A DNA stretch of 64,000 bases from Minisyncoccota bacterium (lineage in GTDB: Bacteria; Patescibacteriota; Microgenomatia; UBA1400; UBA12028), in NCBI GenBank assembly GCA_016211945.1, contig JACRHV010000004.1:130649-194648 (forward strand). Direction: 5' to 3'. How positions within the stretch are numbered: the stretch's first letter is position 1; each line of letters begins with the position of its first letter. This document shows positions 55,326 to 64,000 of this stretch, piece after piece. The position numbers and the translations under genes are program-made. The notes below the pieces were generated by a model. That model searched no databases and was not told where the DNA came from. It saw nothing but the letters and a program-made list of their open reading frames with translations.

Positions 55326-55943
55326 ATGGCCGTTACATTATACAAGCGACAACGCCAAATTGTTGATTTTATTGCGCAGTATATTCAGCGCAACGGATAT
55401 TCTCCAACATTGCAAGAGATTGCAACCGCGATTGGCGTTTCTTCTTTGGCAACTATCCACGAACATTTACAAGCACTCATTCGTAAAAAAGTGTTGAAAA
55501 AATATGATGGAGCCGTACGTGGACTTGAGTTGATTGATCGAACATTTTTACGCATGACAGAAAGTGTTGACCTTCCACTCTTGGGATATATTGCGGCAGG
55601 AAGGCCAATTCAGCCATATAGCGATCCTAACGCAGTGTTTAAGGTTTCACCAGAACTCATCTCTGGGAAAGCGCGATCATATGTTCTCCAAGTGAAGGGC
55701 GAGTCAATGATTGAGGACGGTATTCTAGATGGTGATTTCGTTGTGATCGAGGAAAAACAAGAGGCAATTGATGGTGAAATTGTTGTTGCGCTTCTGGATA
55801 ATGGATTAGCAACGCTGAAACGCTTCTTTAAAGAGTCAACGCGCGTGCGCCTTGAACCAGCAAATTCGACGATGCAACCTATCTATGCGACAAATGTAAA
55901 GATTCAAGGAAAATGCGTCGGGCTCATACGAAAATTCTCTTAA
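55326..55943 (+). CDS. lexA: LexA repressor (S24 peptidase, SOS regulator)
   Basis: The start is taken at 'MAVTLYKRQRQIVDFI' (ATG 55326, with GGAGA 6 nt upstream). A winged-HTH N-terminus. An 'AAGRP' cleavage-site-like segment. An S24 'VKGESMIEDGI..GDFVVI' catalytic Ser and a 'LKRF' Lys. Confidence 0.85.
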   Translation: MAVTLYKRQRQIVDFIAQYIQRNGYSPTLQEIATAIGVSSLATIHEHLQALIRKKVLKKYDGAVRGLELIDRTFLRMTESVDLPLLGYIAAGRPIQPYSDPNAVFKVSPELISGKARSYVLQVKGESMIEDGILDGDFVVIEEKQEAIDGEIVVALLDNGLATLKRFFKESTRVRLEPANSTMQPIYATNVKIQGKCVGLIRKFS

Positions 55944-57580
55944 AGAAGTTCTCGCCCAGTCATTTCTGCGGGACGTGGGATATCTAACAGTTTTAAAATC
56001 GTGGGAGCAATATCGGCAAGAATTCCCTTTGGTAATGTCTTATTTGTTTGCGATTGTGACTGCTTACTGCAGATGATCAGCGGTACCGGATAGGTGCTGT
56101 GCTCTGTATCCACTTCACCACTCTCGTTATTAATCAATTCTTCAGCATTTCCGTGATCTGCAGTAATGAGAACAACACCGCCGCGATCCGTAACAGCGGT
56201 AACAATCTTTCCGACACATTCATCGGTTACCTCACATGCAGTAATGGTAGCCTGCAGATTACCGGTATGTGCCACCATATCCGGATTAGCGAAGTTGACA
56301 ACAATAACGTCGTACACATTGAGTGAAATTTTTTCTAAAAGTGTTTGTGTAATTTCATGCGCACTCATCTCTGGCTTAAGATCGTACGTTGGAACCTTCT
56401 GCGAAGGGATAATGATCCGATCTTCTAACGGAAAAGCATCCTCACGTTGGCCATTAAAATAGTATGTGACAAACCGTTCTTTTTCCGTCTCAGACATGCG
56501 GAGTTGCCGAAGACCACGCTCAGAAAGAACGCGTCCTAATGGCATTGCCACTGTTTCTGGTGGAAAGGCAACAACGGTGGACAATCCGCGCTCATATTCC
56601 GTCATCGTGACGAATAAAAGGTTCTGTACAATTTTTTGTCGTGCAAATGTTTGCGATGAAGCCTGTTGTTGTATATGCGACTTGGTGTACTTAATCGCAT
56701 AAGGGTCAAATCCCTCAGCTTGTGTCCCCTGTTCAAAATTCGGAAGTACAAACGCTTTTGTGAGTTGGCGGGGACGATCAATGCGGAAATTGAAAAAGAT
56801 AACCGCGTCGTTATCGTTGACCACGCGATGCTTGCCATCAGAACCGCAAGCGCTAATAGGTTCGATAAATTCATCTGTTTTCCCCGAGTTGTATGAGGCG
56901 CGAATTGCCGCGGTAACATCTGGAGTACAAGTGTTTGATCCCATTGTTAACGCGTCATATGCTACCTTTGTACGTTCCCAACGATGATCACGATCCATGG
57001 CGTAATATCGACCTGTTACGGTCGCAAGTTGACCCACTCCAAGCGTTTTCATCTGCTCTAAAAGTTGAGAAATGTAATCAATACCAGAGGTTGGGGGTGA
57101 ATCACGACCATCAGTAATCGCATGGACATATACATTTCCGTCAAAACCTTGTTGTTTTGCAGTGGCAAGAAGGGCATAGAGATGACTTACGTTACTATGT
57201 ACACCACCGGAGCCGACAAGACCGATGAGATGTAGTACTGAGTTGTGACGCTTCACGTGGTCAAAAGCCTGTGAAAATGCTTGGTTCTGTGCAAACGATC
57301 CGTCTGCTATTGCCATATTGATCCGTGGAAGATCCTGATACACTATGCGGCCGGCACCGATATTGAGATGGCCTGTTTCTGTGTTACCGTCCTCACCTTT
57401 TGGGAGTCCCACTGCAACGCCGGAGGCATCAAGAAGGCCGTGGGGATACATAAGATTGATTTTGTCGAGGTTCGGTTTTTTGGCGAGTTCAATCGCATTG
57501 CCAGCATTTTTGGGACCAACACCATAGCCATCGAGAATAAGGAAGACGACTGGTTTGGGATGAGAGGTGGGTTGCAACAT
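55940..57580 (-). CDS. gpmI: 2,3-bisphosphoglycerate-independent phosphoglycerate mutase
   Basis: 546 aa. 'PVVFLILDGYGV', 'TETGHLNIGAGR' and 'ITADHGNAE' are canonical iPGM blocks. Confidence 0.9.
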   Translation of the reverse strand: MLQPTSHPKPVVFLILDGYGVGPKNAGNAIELAKKPNLDKINLMYPHGLLDASGVAVGLPKGEDGNTETGHLNIGAGRIVYQDLPRINMAIADGSFAQNQAFSQAFDHVKRHNSVLHLIGLVGSGGVHSNVSHLYALLATAKQQGFDGNVYVHAITDGRDSPPTSGIDYISQLLEQMKTLGVGQLATVTGRYYAMDRDHRWERTKVAYDALTMGSNTCTPDVTAAIRASYNSGKTDEFIEPISACGSDGKHRVVNDNDAVIFFNFRIDRPRQLTKAFVLPNFEQGTQAEGFDPYAIKYTKSHIQQQASSQTFARQKIVQNLLFVTMTEYERGLSTVVAFPPETVAMPLGRVLSERGLRQLRMSETEKERFVTYYFNGQREDAFPLEDRIIIPSQKVPTYDLKPEMSAHEITQTLLEKISLNVYDVIVVNFANPDMVAHTGNLQATITACEVTDECVGKIVTAVTDRGGVVLITADHGNAEELINNESGEVDTEHSTYPVPLIICSKQSQSQTNKTLPKGILADIAPTILKLLDIPRPAEMTGRELL

Positions 57581-57588
57581 AAAAATAT

Positions 57589-58806
57589 TTACTTATAACC
57601 TTTTTCTTTTATTACCTCTGCTATCATACGCTTATCTTCTTCTCTTAATAAGAGAGCGTATCGAGATAAATACTTGTCAACCAATATATTTATTTCTCCA
57701 ATTTTTCTTGAACGCTTATGCATAAGAGCTGCATTGAATTCCGCAAAGAAACAACTTACTACTATATTGGAGGCACTATATTTTTCTTGATCTGTTTCAG
57801 GTTTTCCTTTTTGTGCTTCACGTTCGAGCAATGCATCAATAGACATATCTCTTTCTTCAAGAAGCTGTTTAAATCGTGTGGCTGTTTCAAGTGCAATAAG
57901 CGGTCGCGTTTCTTTAGGTTTGAGTAGTTCAACCTTATCTAAATACGCCGTTGCTTCTTTCACATAGCCAAACTGTCGCAATTGATCAGAAGACTGGATT
58001 GAGAAAAAATGTGCCTGCATTCTTTGTTTCAACTCTGAAAAATATTGATCAACCTTTCCATCTATTAAAAACTCATAATAAATTTCTTCCGAACTAGAAC
58101 CATTTTCAGCATCTTTGGGTTTGGGGAAAAATCCAAGTTCGAACATTGCTTTATTCATAAAATCTGCCGCTTTTGCGCGTAATTCTTCTTCCTTATAGTT
58201 AGGGAACGATTTGATTCCTTCATATCCAAAACGTCGTACAAAATACTCACTAATAAATCGAACAATTGCTCTTCCCGTTCTCCCATTTGCATCTGGATAA
58301 GGATGTATTGAGACGAAAGAAATATATGCCCATGACATCACGTACTCAAAATCCTGTTTCGTACAGTTCTCAAGAAGTCTTTGTAGTGTTCCCATATAAC
58401 TAGAAAAAAGTTCTTCAACATCTTCGTATTTTACTGGGATAACATCTCCAAAACGCACACCAGAATCGCGAAAAGTGTGTTCATATACTTGCGTTTCAGG
58501 ATCTTCTCCTTCATATGGAATCCAGCCTGCAGTCGCGGCTATATGAATAGCATGTATTGAATCTTCAAGATGTATCTCTTGGGAAATAAATTTTTCTACA
58601 ACGTAATCTCGAACAACATCTTCCATGTGTTCACCCAAAGCACGGAGATTACGAATTACTGTTGCTTTATCGTGTCCTAAATCCTTATCAGCAAGTTCGT
58701 CTGAAGAACTTGGTAGTGTGATTGCTGTTGTTTCACGTAGAGCTTGACGTTGAGCAAGAGTAATGTGGGCGAGAGCTTCAAGTGATTTTGATTGATCTAC
58801 AGGCAT
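57589..58806 (-). CDS. Fic/Doc family protein (putative AMPylase/adenylyltransferase)
   Basis: 405 aa. 'SIHPYPDANGRTGRAIV' matches the Fic core HxFx(D/E)(G/A)NGRxxR. There is a long N-terminal helical extension. Confidence 0.65.
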   Translation of the reverse strand: MPVDQSKSLEALAHITLAQRQALRETTAITLPSSSDELADKDLGHDKATVIRNLRALGEHMEDVVRDYVVEKFISQEIHLEDSIHAIHIAATAGWIPYEGEDPETQVYEHTFRDSGVRFGDVIPVKYEDVEELFSSYMGTLQRLLENCTKQDFEYVMSWAYISFVSIHPYPDANGRTGRAIVRFISEYFVRRFGYEGIKSFPNYKEEELRAKAADFMNKAMFELGFFPKPKDAENGSSSEEIYYEFLIDGKVDQYFSELKQRMQAHFFSIQSSDQLRQFGYVKEATAYLDKVELLKPKETRPLIALETATRFKQLLEERDMSIDALLEREAQKGKPETDQEKYSASNIVVSCFFAEFNAALMHKRSRKIGEINILVDKYLSRYALLLREEDKRMIAEVIKEKGYK

Positions 58807-58818
58807 ACATTAATATAA

Positions 58819-60072
58819 TCACATCCCCAACTCCGCTTCAATCTTTAGTAATCTGTTGTACTTTACCACACGCTCACCGCGGCTTGGTGCGCCAAACTTG
58901 ACATAGTCCGCCCCACACCCAACCGCAAAGTCGGCCATGAAGTCATCCGTCGTTTCTCCAGAGCGATGGGAGAAGATCGTTTGCCACCCCGCATCCTTCG
59001 CAATCTTCACCACCTCTACTGTCTCACTAATCGTCCCAATTTGATTTGGTTTGATAATAATACCCGTACATGCCTGCTCCTGCACTGCCTTCAAAACACG
59101 CTCCTTATTTGTAGTCAAAAAGTCATCACCCACAATTACCGCCACTGACTGCAGTTCCTTTGTTAACTTCTTCCACCCGTCCCAATCGTCCTCTGCTAAC
59201 CCATCCTCGATGGAAAACACATGGTATTTTTCTTGAATTTCTTTGTAGTACTCGATGATTTGATCCGTGTTGAACGGTTCTGATCGATCACGAATCTTAT
59301 ACTTCCCGCCACTATAAAAATAATTCGATGCGGCATCAATTCCCAAGAACACATCTTGTCCAATGACATATGGCATCTCTTTTACCGCCTCAAAAAAGAG
59401 CTGAAACGCATCGGTATTGGTATAGAGGTTTGGCGCAAATCCACCTTCAATTCCGGTAGAGTGGACCGCCCCCTTGGAAATCAAAACTTTTTCCAATGTC
59501 ATAAAAATCTCGGCCCCAATCTGCAACGCAACATGGAACGGTTTATTGCTAGCCGGCACAACGTGAAACTCCTGAAAATCGAGATTGCCCGCTCCATGCG
59601 CCCCACCGTTAATTAAGTTAAATGCGGGAATCGGCATTTTATATCCGGAAATAAGTTGGTACTTTTCCTTAAAGTACTGATACAACGACATTCCTGCAAT
59701 TGCCGCCCCCGCACGAGCGCCAGCTTGCGAAACAGAAAGCATTGCGTTGGAACCCAATTTGCTTTTATTTGGTGTTCCGTCCAGGTTCACGAGGATTTGG
59801 TCGAGATTGGTTTGACGCGAAGGATCTTGTCCAATAATCGCGGGCGCGATTACTTCATTCACATTTTTTACCGCCTTCAATACGCCTTTTCCTAACATGC
59901 GTGTTTGATCGCCATCACGAAGCTCGACTGCCTCGTGTTTTCCTGTTGAAGTTCCAGACGGAACAGCGGCACTCACCATAATCCCCGTATCAAGGATTAT
60001 CGTTGTTTCTATTGTTGGTATGCCACGTGAATCAAGAATCTCGCGTGCATGAACCGCCTGAATAACTGCCAT
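58819..60072 (-). CDS. eno: Enolase (phosphopyruvate hydratase)
   Basis: 417 aa. 'AREILDSRGIPTIET', 'SGTSTGKHEA' and 'SHRSGETTD' are canonical enolase blocks. Confidence 0.9.
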   Translation of the reverse strand: MAVIQAVHAREILDSRGIPTIETTIILDTGIMVSAAVPSGTSTGKHEAVELRDGDQTRMLGKGVLKAVKNVNEVIAPAIIGQDPSRQTNLDQILVNLDGTPNKSKLGSNAMLSVSQAGARAGAAIAGMSLYQYFKEKYQLISGYKMPIPAFNLINGGAHGAGNLDFQEFHVVPASNKPFHVALQIGAEIFMTLEKVLISKGAVHSTGIEGGFAPNLYTNTDAFQLFFEAVKEMPYVIGQDVFLGIDAASNYFYSGGKYKIRDRSEPFNTDQIIEYYKEIQEKYHVFSIEDGLAEDDWDGWKKLTKELQSVAVIVGDDFLTTNKERVLKAVQEQACTGIIIKPNQIGTISETVEVVKIAKDAGWQTIFSHRSGETTDDFMADFAVGCGADYVKFGAPSRGERVVKYNRLLKIEAELGM

Positions 60073-60080
60073 AGTTCCTT

Positions 60081-62405
60081 CTACCTTGATTTATGTACAA
60101 GGCGTTTTTCAGCCTCGTATACAACTTCGCGTGTTCGATCAATAACGTCTGGAGAAACAGACATTGATGTTGCTCCCCATTCGACTAATTTTTCTGCAAT
60201 TTCCGGATAGGTCGACGGAGCCTGCCCGCATACCGAAACTGTCACTCCTCGCGCTTTTGCTCGTGTACAAATTTGTTCCAAGGCCCAAAGTACTGCAGGA
60301 TTGCGTTCGTCATACTCGCTTGCAACGTGTTCATTATCTCGATCTGTTCCTAAAATCAACATTGTTAAGTCATTGGTTCCTATGGAAAATCCATCAATGC
60401 CAACATCGATAAACTTATCAATTAAAATAACATTGCTTGGAATTTCCGCCATCATCCACAACTTGAATGTCGAACTTCTTTGTAGTCCGTGATTGTGCAT
60501 AATATGTTTCACTTGTTCCAATTCATGCACTGTCCGAACAAATGGAATCATCACCCAAAGATTTTTATATCCTTTTTTCTCTCGTACAATTTTTATTGCT
60601 TCCAGTTCCAACTTAAATACTTGTTCATCGGTCATATATCGGAAACATCCCCTATATCCAATCATGGGATTCTCTTCATGTGGTTCATAGTCTTTTCCGC
60701 CAACGAGGTTGCGATACTCGTTTGTTTTAAAATCTGTTGCACGGTACACCACGGGACGTGGATAAAATGCTTTACAGAATGTCTCTAATCCCTCTGCCAA
60801 TTTATGCACAAACACTTGCTCTCGTTTATCGTGAATTAACTTTTTTGGATGAGTACCAATCTGCGCAATCATAAACTCAGCACGGAGAAGTCCAACGCCA
60901 TCAACATTCTTTTTTGCCATTTCTCCTGCAAGTTCCGGCTCCGCCAAGTTGACATACACTTTTGTGGCAGTTTTTATATGTTTTGCTGCGGTAGTATTGT
61001 CTTGTGATTCTATTGCAGAGGTAACAGCGTTAAGCATTCCACTGGAAAGAGATCCGTCAAAAACCTCACCCGTCTTCCCATTCACCGTTACTGCACGACC
61101 TTCCTTGAGAACCTTTGTTGCGTTCCCCGTTCCAACAACGCAAGGCAATCCAAGTTCGCGTGATACGATAGCGGCGTGTGACGTTTGACCGCCTTTATCT
61201 GTAACAAGCGCGGCTGCCTTTTTCATTGCGGGAACAAAATCCGGTGTTGTCATACTCGTGACCATAATTTCACCGGTTTTCAATTTATAAATCTCTTTTG
61301 GCGTCATGATATGCCGAACGATACCAGACACCAATCCCGGAGAGGCAGAGTCACCGGTTACCAATAGCTTCATTCCGCTTGTCGCTTTTTTTACTGCTTG
61401 CTCTGCGTTGCGCAGTGAAGTAGTTGTCGTTTTACTTTTATCAATTGTCTCTATTGTTGTAATAGGACGTGTTTGAACAATAAATAACTTTCCATCCTCG
61501 AGCGCCCATTCGCTGTCCTGAGGATAGAAATAGTGTTGTTGCAGTTTTTGTGACAATTTTGCAAGCGAGATAATCTGACTATCTGTAAGTTTCCGTTTTC
61601 CTTGACGTGACTTGGGCACTGGATAGTCTTTTGTGACACCATCCCGACGAATCATCTCCACCGTTTGCGTAATGGTATCGCTCTTCACAATTTTCCATGT
61701 CTGTTTATCCACCTCATAATGATCTGGTGTTACCGCCCCCTGAACAATATTCTCTCCTAATCCCCAAATCGCCTCTATCACGATGGTGTGTTTATCATTT
61801 GTTACTGGATTAATCGAGAACATGACGCCACTGACCTCGGACTGCACCATGTGTTGAACGGGAACCGCAAGGCCAACCTTAAAATGATCAAATCCTTTCT
61901 CTACTCTGTAAAAAATTGCTCGTGCCTCAAATAATGAGGCCCAGGCGTCACGAATTGCATTTACGACGTCTGCTTCACCTGCGATATTGAGAAAAGTTGC
62001 TTGCTGTCCTGCAAATGACGCGCCTGGCAAATCTTCCGCCGTTGCACTGGATCGCACTGCAACGTAACTCCTATCGCCAAGTTTTTGATAGGCCTGAACA
62101 ATTTCGTGTGCTAGATCATCTGGAACTTCCGCGTGTGTAATGAGATCTTTCACCTTTCTTGAGGCTGTGTTAAGCGCTGCAGAATCGTTGACGTCCAGTT
62201 TTTCTAGAAGTGAGTGGATTTTCTTGCGTAAATTATTGTGGTCGAGAACATAGAAATAGGCCGGGGAGGTGACAATGAAGCCGTTGGGAACGGGGAAGCC
62301 TGCGGCAACCATTTCTCCAAGGTTTGCACCTTTCCCACCAACAAGGTTACCGGATTGTTTATTTACATCTGAGAACCACACGACATGCGGGGCAGGTTTT
62401 GTCAT
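60081..62405 (-). CDS. ppsA: Phosphoenolpyruvate synthase (pyruvate, water dikinase)
   Basis: About 775 aa. N-terminal 'VGGKGANLGEM...VPNGFIVT'. Central phospho-His 'GGQTSHAAIVSRELGLPCVVGTG'. A C-terminal PEP-utilising TIM barrel. The start is set at the internal 'MTKPAP'. The ORF-track start is 62417. Confidence 0.8.
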   Translation of the reverse strand: MTKPAPHVVWFSDVNKQSGNLVGGKGANLGEMVAAGFPVPNGFIVTSPAYFYVLDHNNLRKKIHSLLEKLDVNDSAALNTASRKVKDLITHAEVPDDLAHEIVQAYQKLGDRSYVAVRSSATAEDLPGASFAGQQATFLNIAGEADVVNAIRDAWASLFEARAIFYRVEKGFDHFKVGLAVPVQHMVQSEVSGVMFSINPVTNDKHTIVIEAIWGLGENIVQGAVTPDHYEVDKQTWKIVKSDTITQTVEMIRRDGVTKDYPVPKSRQGKRKLTDSQIISLAKLSQKLQQHYFYPQDSEWALEDGKLFIVQTRPITTIETIDKSKTTTTSLRNAEQAVKKATSGMKLLVTGDSASPGLVSGIVRHIMTPKEIYKLKTGEIMVTSMTTPDFVPAMKKAAALVTDKGGQTSHAAIVSRELGLPCVVGTGNATKVLKEGRAVTVNGKTGEVFDGSLSSGMLNAVTSAIESQDNTTAAKHIKTATKVYVNLAEPELAGEMAKKNVDGVGLLRAEFMIAQIGTHPKKLIHDKREQVFVHKLAEGLETFCKAFYPRPVVYRATDFKTNEYRNLVGGKDYEPHEENPMIGYRGCFRYMTDEQVFKLELEAIKIVREKKGYKNLWVMIPFVRTVHELEQVKHIMHNHGLQRSSTFKLWMMAEIPSNVILIDKFIDVGIDGFSIGTNDLTMLILGTDRDNEHVASEYDERNPAVLWALEQICTRAKARGVTVSVCGQAPSTYPEIAEKLVEWGATSMSVSPDVIDRTREVVYEAEKRLVHKSR

Positions 62406-62456
62406 ATACCACATCATAGCAGAAGGACATTAGTATTGTGAAGAATTTATTTGCTT

Positions 62457-63200
62457 TTATTTTGCTTTATCAAGATCAGTGGGTAATACCCATCTTCTTG
62501 AATTGTAGGCCCTATCAACAATTTTCCAGGCACGACCGTGGGATGACTTTTGATACTCTGTCGCTTTTGTTGTGGTAATATGTAAAATCATCGATAATAT
62601 TGCAGAGATTCGCGTTATTTTTGAAGCCTCGTACATCAAAAGTCTCAGACATGCTTCTTCTGTCGCTATTGCAGGAATCTCAATATCCCGTCCCTTTCTT
62701 GTTGAAGTAAGAATGATATTTCCATCACTATCTCTCTTTATTGTTTCTATTTTGTGTTTTTTAACTAAATTCGCAAATTCCTCTGTATTACACATTGTAA
62801 ATTTAAGTGAGTACACATCAAAATTTCCTTTTGCATAAAAGTCTAGTAATCTTCTAATAACTGGAAAAAATACTTCTGGAATTTCTTTCAAACGCCAACC
62901 AAAGAGAAAATGCCAAGCAAGTTTTCGATATTCCTCATCCGAGAAGATCACAACCGTTCCCTTGACCTTATCTGGAGTAAGAATTTCTTCATTTCGTGCA
63001 GATAATTTTTTTGCAAGTACATGTCCCGCCTCATGAAGCATTGAGATAAATAATTCAATTGCTGACAAAGGGGGGAAATACATTGAGGATCCTACAGTTA
63101 ATCCAAGAATTTCAACACGAATTTTATTTTGCTTCTCATTTTTTAACATATATAAGAATATCGTCTCTATGTTCACATTAGAAAAACTTTTTAATAACAT
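62457..63200 (-). CDS. Hypothetical protein with HExxH motif (possible zinc metallopeptidase-like)
   Basis: 247 aa. The 'MLHEAGHVL' HExxH motif lies near the N-terminus. No other recognised domain. The 5' end overlaps the upstream HAD gene by 23 nt. Confidence 0.4.
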   Translation of the reverse strand: MLLKSFSNVNIETIFLYMLKNEKQNKIRVEILGLTVGSSMYFPPLSAIELFISMLHEAGHVLAKKLSARNEEILTPDKVKGTVVIFSDEEYRKLAWHFLFGWRLKEIPEVFFPVIRRLLDFYAKGNFDVYSLKFTMCNTEEFANLVKKHKIETIKRDSDGNIILTSTRKGRDIEIPAIATEEACLRLLMYEASKITRISAILSMILHITTTKATEYQKSSHGRAWKIVDRAYNSRRWVLPTDLDKAK

Positions 63201-63936
63201 CTACCAACCCGTCTTCATATACTGAAGGTGCTATATACTTCACTTGCGCCTTTACGTTGTCCGGAGCATTTCCCATCGCTACGCTCATACCAACAGCGGT
63301 TAACATGGGTAGGTCATTTTCCTCATCACCTACTGCAACGATATCTTCCGCATGAATCTTCATGTACTCAAAAAGATGGTGAATAGCTTTTATCTTCGTT
63401 GTGTCAGCATCGGTTGCAATGATAACGGGCATTCCGTCAAATGTCCCTCTCGTAATAAGATGAAGTGTGAGGTTATGAACTTCAGCCAATCCGCGTGTGT
63501 AAAGCTCAATTTCTTCTTGTTGGAGATGGATAAAATAAAAACTTGTGACATCTTTCTGAGAGAAATCCTGACCTGTATACTCAAATTCTCCTTGGGTTGT
63601 ACACACCAGAAATCGCTCCCGCAATGCAGAACCTATAGTGATAAGTTTCTGTTTTCTTTTTTCATCAAATGAAAATGAATGAATTGTCTTTTTTATTTTT
63701 GGATCATAGATCGCTGCACCGCCATTTAAGATACAGGCGTTAGTTATGTGGAGAACGTCAATGATACGTTTGGCGTGCTGGATTGTTCTACCGGTTGCCA
63801 AACATACGGGAATTCCTCTTTTGTGTAAAGACGCAATCGCTCTTTTGACCGCAACCGTGGGAAGATTTTCATACCCTTTTTGCACGATCGTTCCATCAAT
63901 ATCCAAAAGGAGTGCTTTGTACTTTTTCTTTTTCAT
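63178..63936 (-). CDS. HAD-superfamily hydrolase, Cof-type (HAD-IIB) sugar-phosphate phosphatase
   Basis: 252 aa. Motif I 'LLLDIDGTIV'. Motif II 'ATGR'. Motifs III/IV 'KIKAI...VAVGDEENDLPML'. Confidence 0.8.
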   Translation of the reverse strand: MKKKKYKALLLDIDGTIVQKGYENLPTVAVKRAIASLHKRGIPVCLATGRTIQHAKRIIDVLHITNACILNGGAAIYDPKIKKTIHSFSFDEKRKQKLITIGSALRERFLVCTTQGEFEYTGQDFSQKDVTSFYFIHLQQEEIELYTRGLAEVHNLTLHLITRGTFDGMPVIIATDADTTKIKAIHHLFEYMKIHAEDIVAVGDEENDLPMLTAVGMSVAMGNAPDNVKAQVKYIAPSVYEDGLVDVIKKFF

Positions 63937-64000
63937 AGATGGGATTATGCAATATATGTTTTAAGTATTTCCGATCCAGGGGTTGATTCTATCACGTACG

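Noticed and set aside
1-64000. Search for CRISPR arrays, tRNA/rRNA genes, IS elements or prophage integrases
   Set aside because: No tandem direct repeats with unique spacers, no cloverleaf-capable 70-90 nt segments in the few short intergenic gaps, and no transposase or integrase-like ORFs were found. The only mobile-type element is the intein.

Overview
This is a densely coded bacterial chromosomal segment, about 55 genes with almost no intergenic space, and most genes lie on the minus strand. Overlapping start and stop codons are frequent. The content (many GT-C fold membrane glycosyltransferases, a glycine-rich RRM protein, a short UvrC, and a gpmI-eno-ppsA glycolytic core) suggests a small-genome, Gram-positive-like or Patescibacteria-like organism, but this cannot be proven from sequence alone. 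The code is standard, because an intact RF2 gene is present.

The first ~25 kb is a large cell-surface glycan assembly locus:
- A truncated GT2 at the window edge.
- Eight polytopic GT-C-like membrane proteins (several with ArnT/PMT-type DE motifs).
- A Wzx-type flippase.
- Two polyprenyl-phosphate sugar synthases (GT2, one fused to GtrA).
- gmd plus rmd, the GDP-D-rhamnose route.
- A UDP-glucose 6-dehydrogenase interrupted at its catalytic cysteine by a 475-aa LAGLIDADG intein.
- rmlB-rmlC-rmlD plus an unknown translationally coupled ORF.
- An LCP ligase.
- A polyprenyl diphosphate synthase.

Downstream are:
- lon.
- A secreted lamin-tail-domain protein.
- An ftsE-ftsX-M23 peptidase trio; the M23 motifs are in non-canonical (permuted) order.
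- prfB, an MFS transporter, and a MacA/MacB-like efflux set.
- A DUF4012 protein, cyclophilin, an OppA-like SBP, secG, and a holin-like membrane protein.
- An SOS/NER island: uvrC (short), a transglutaminase-like protein, uvrA, dedA, and uvrB divergent from lexA, with a nested GTTCG/CGAAC repeat operator candidate between uvrB and lexA.
- gpmI, a Fic protein, eno, ppsA, an HExxH hypothetical, and a Cof-type HAD hydrolase.

No rRNA, tRNA or CRISPR arrays were found.
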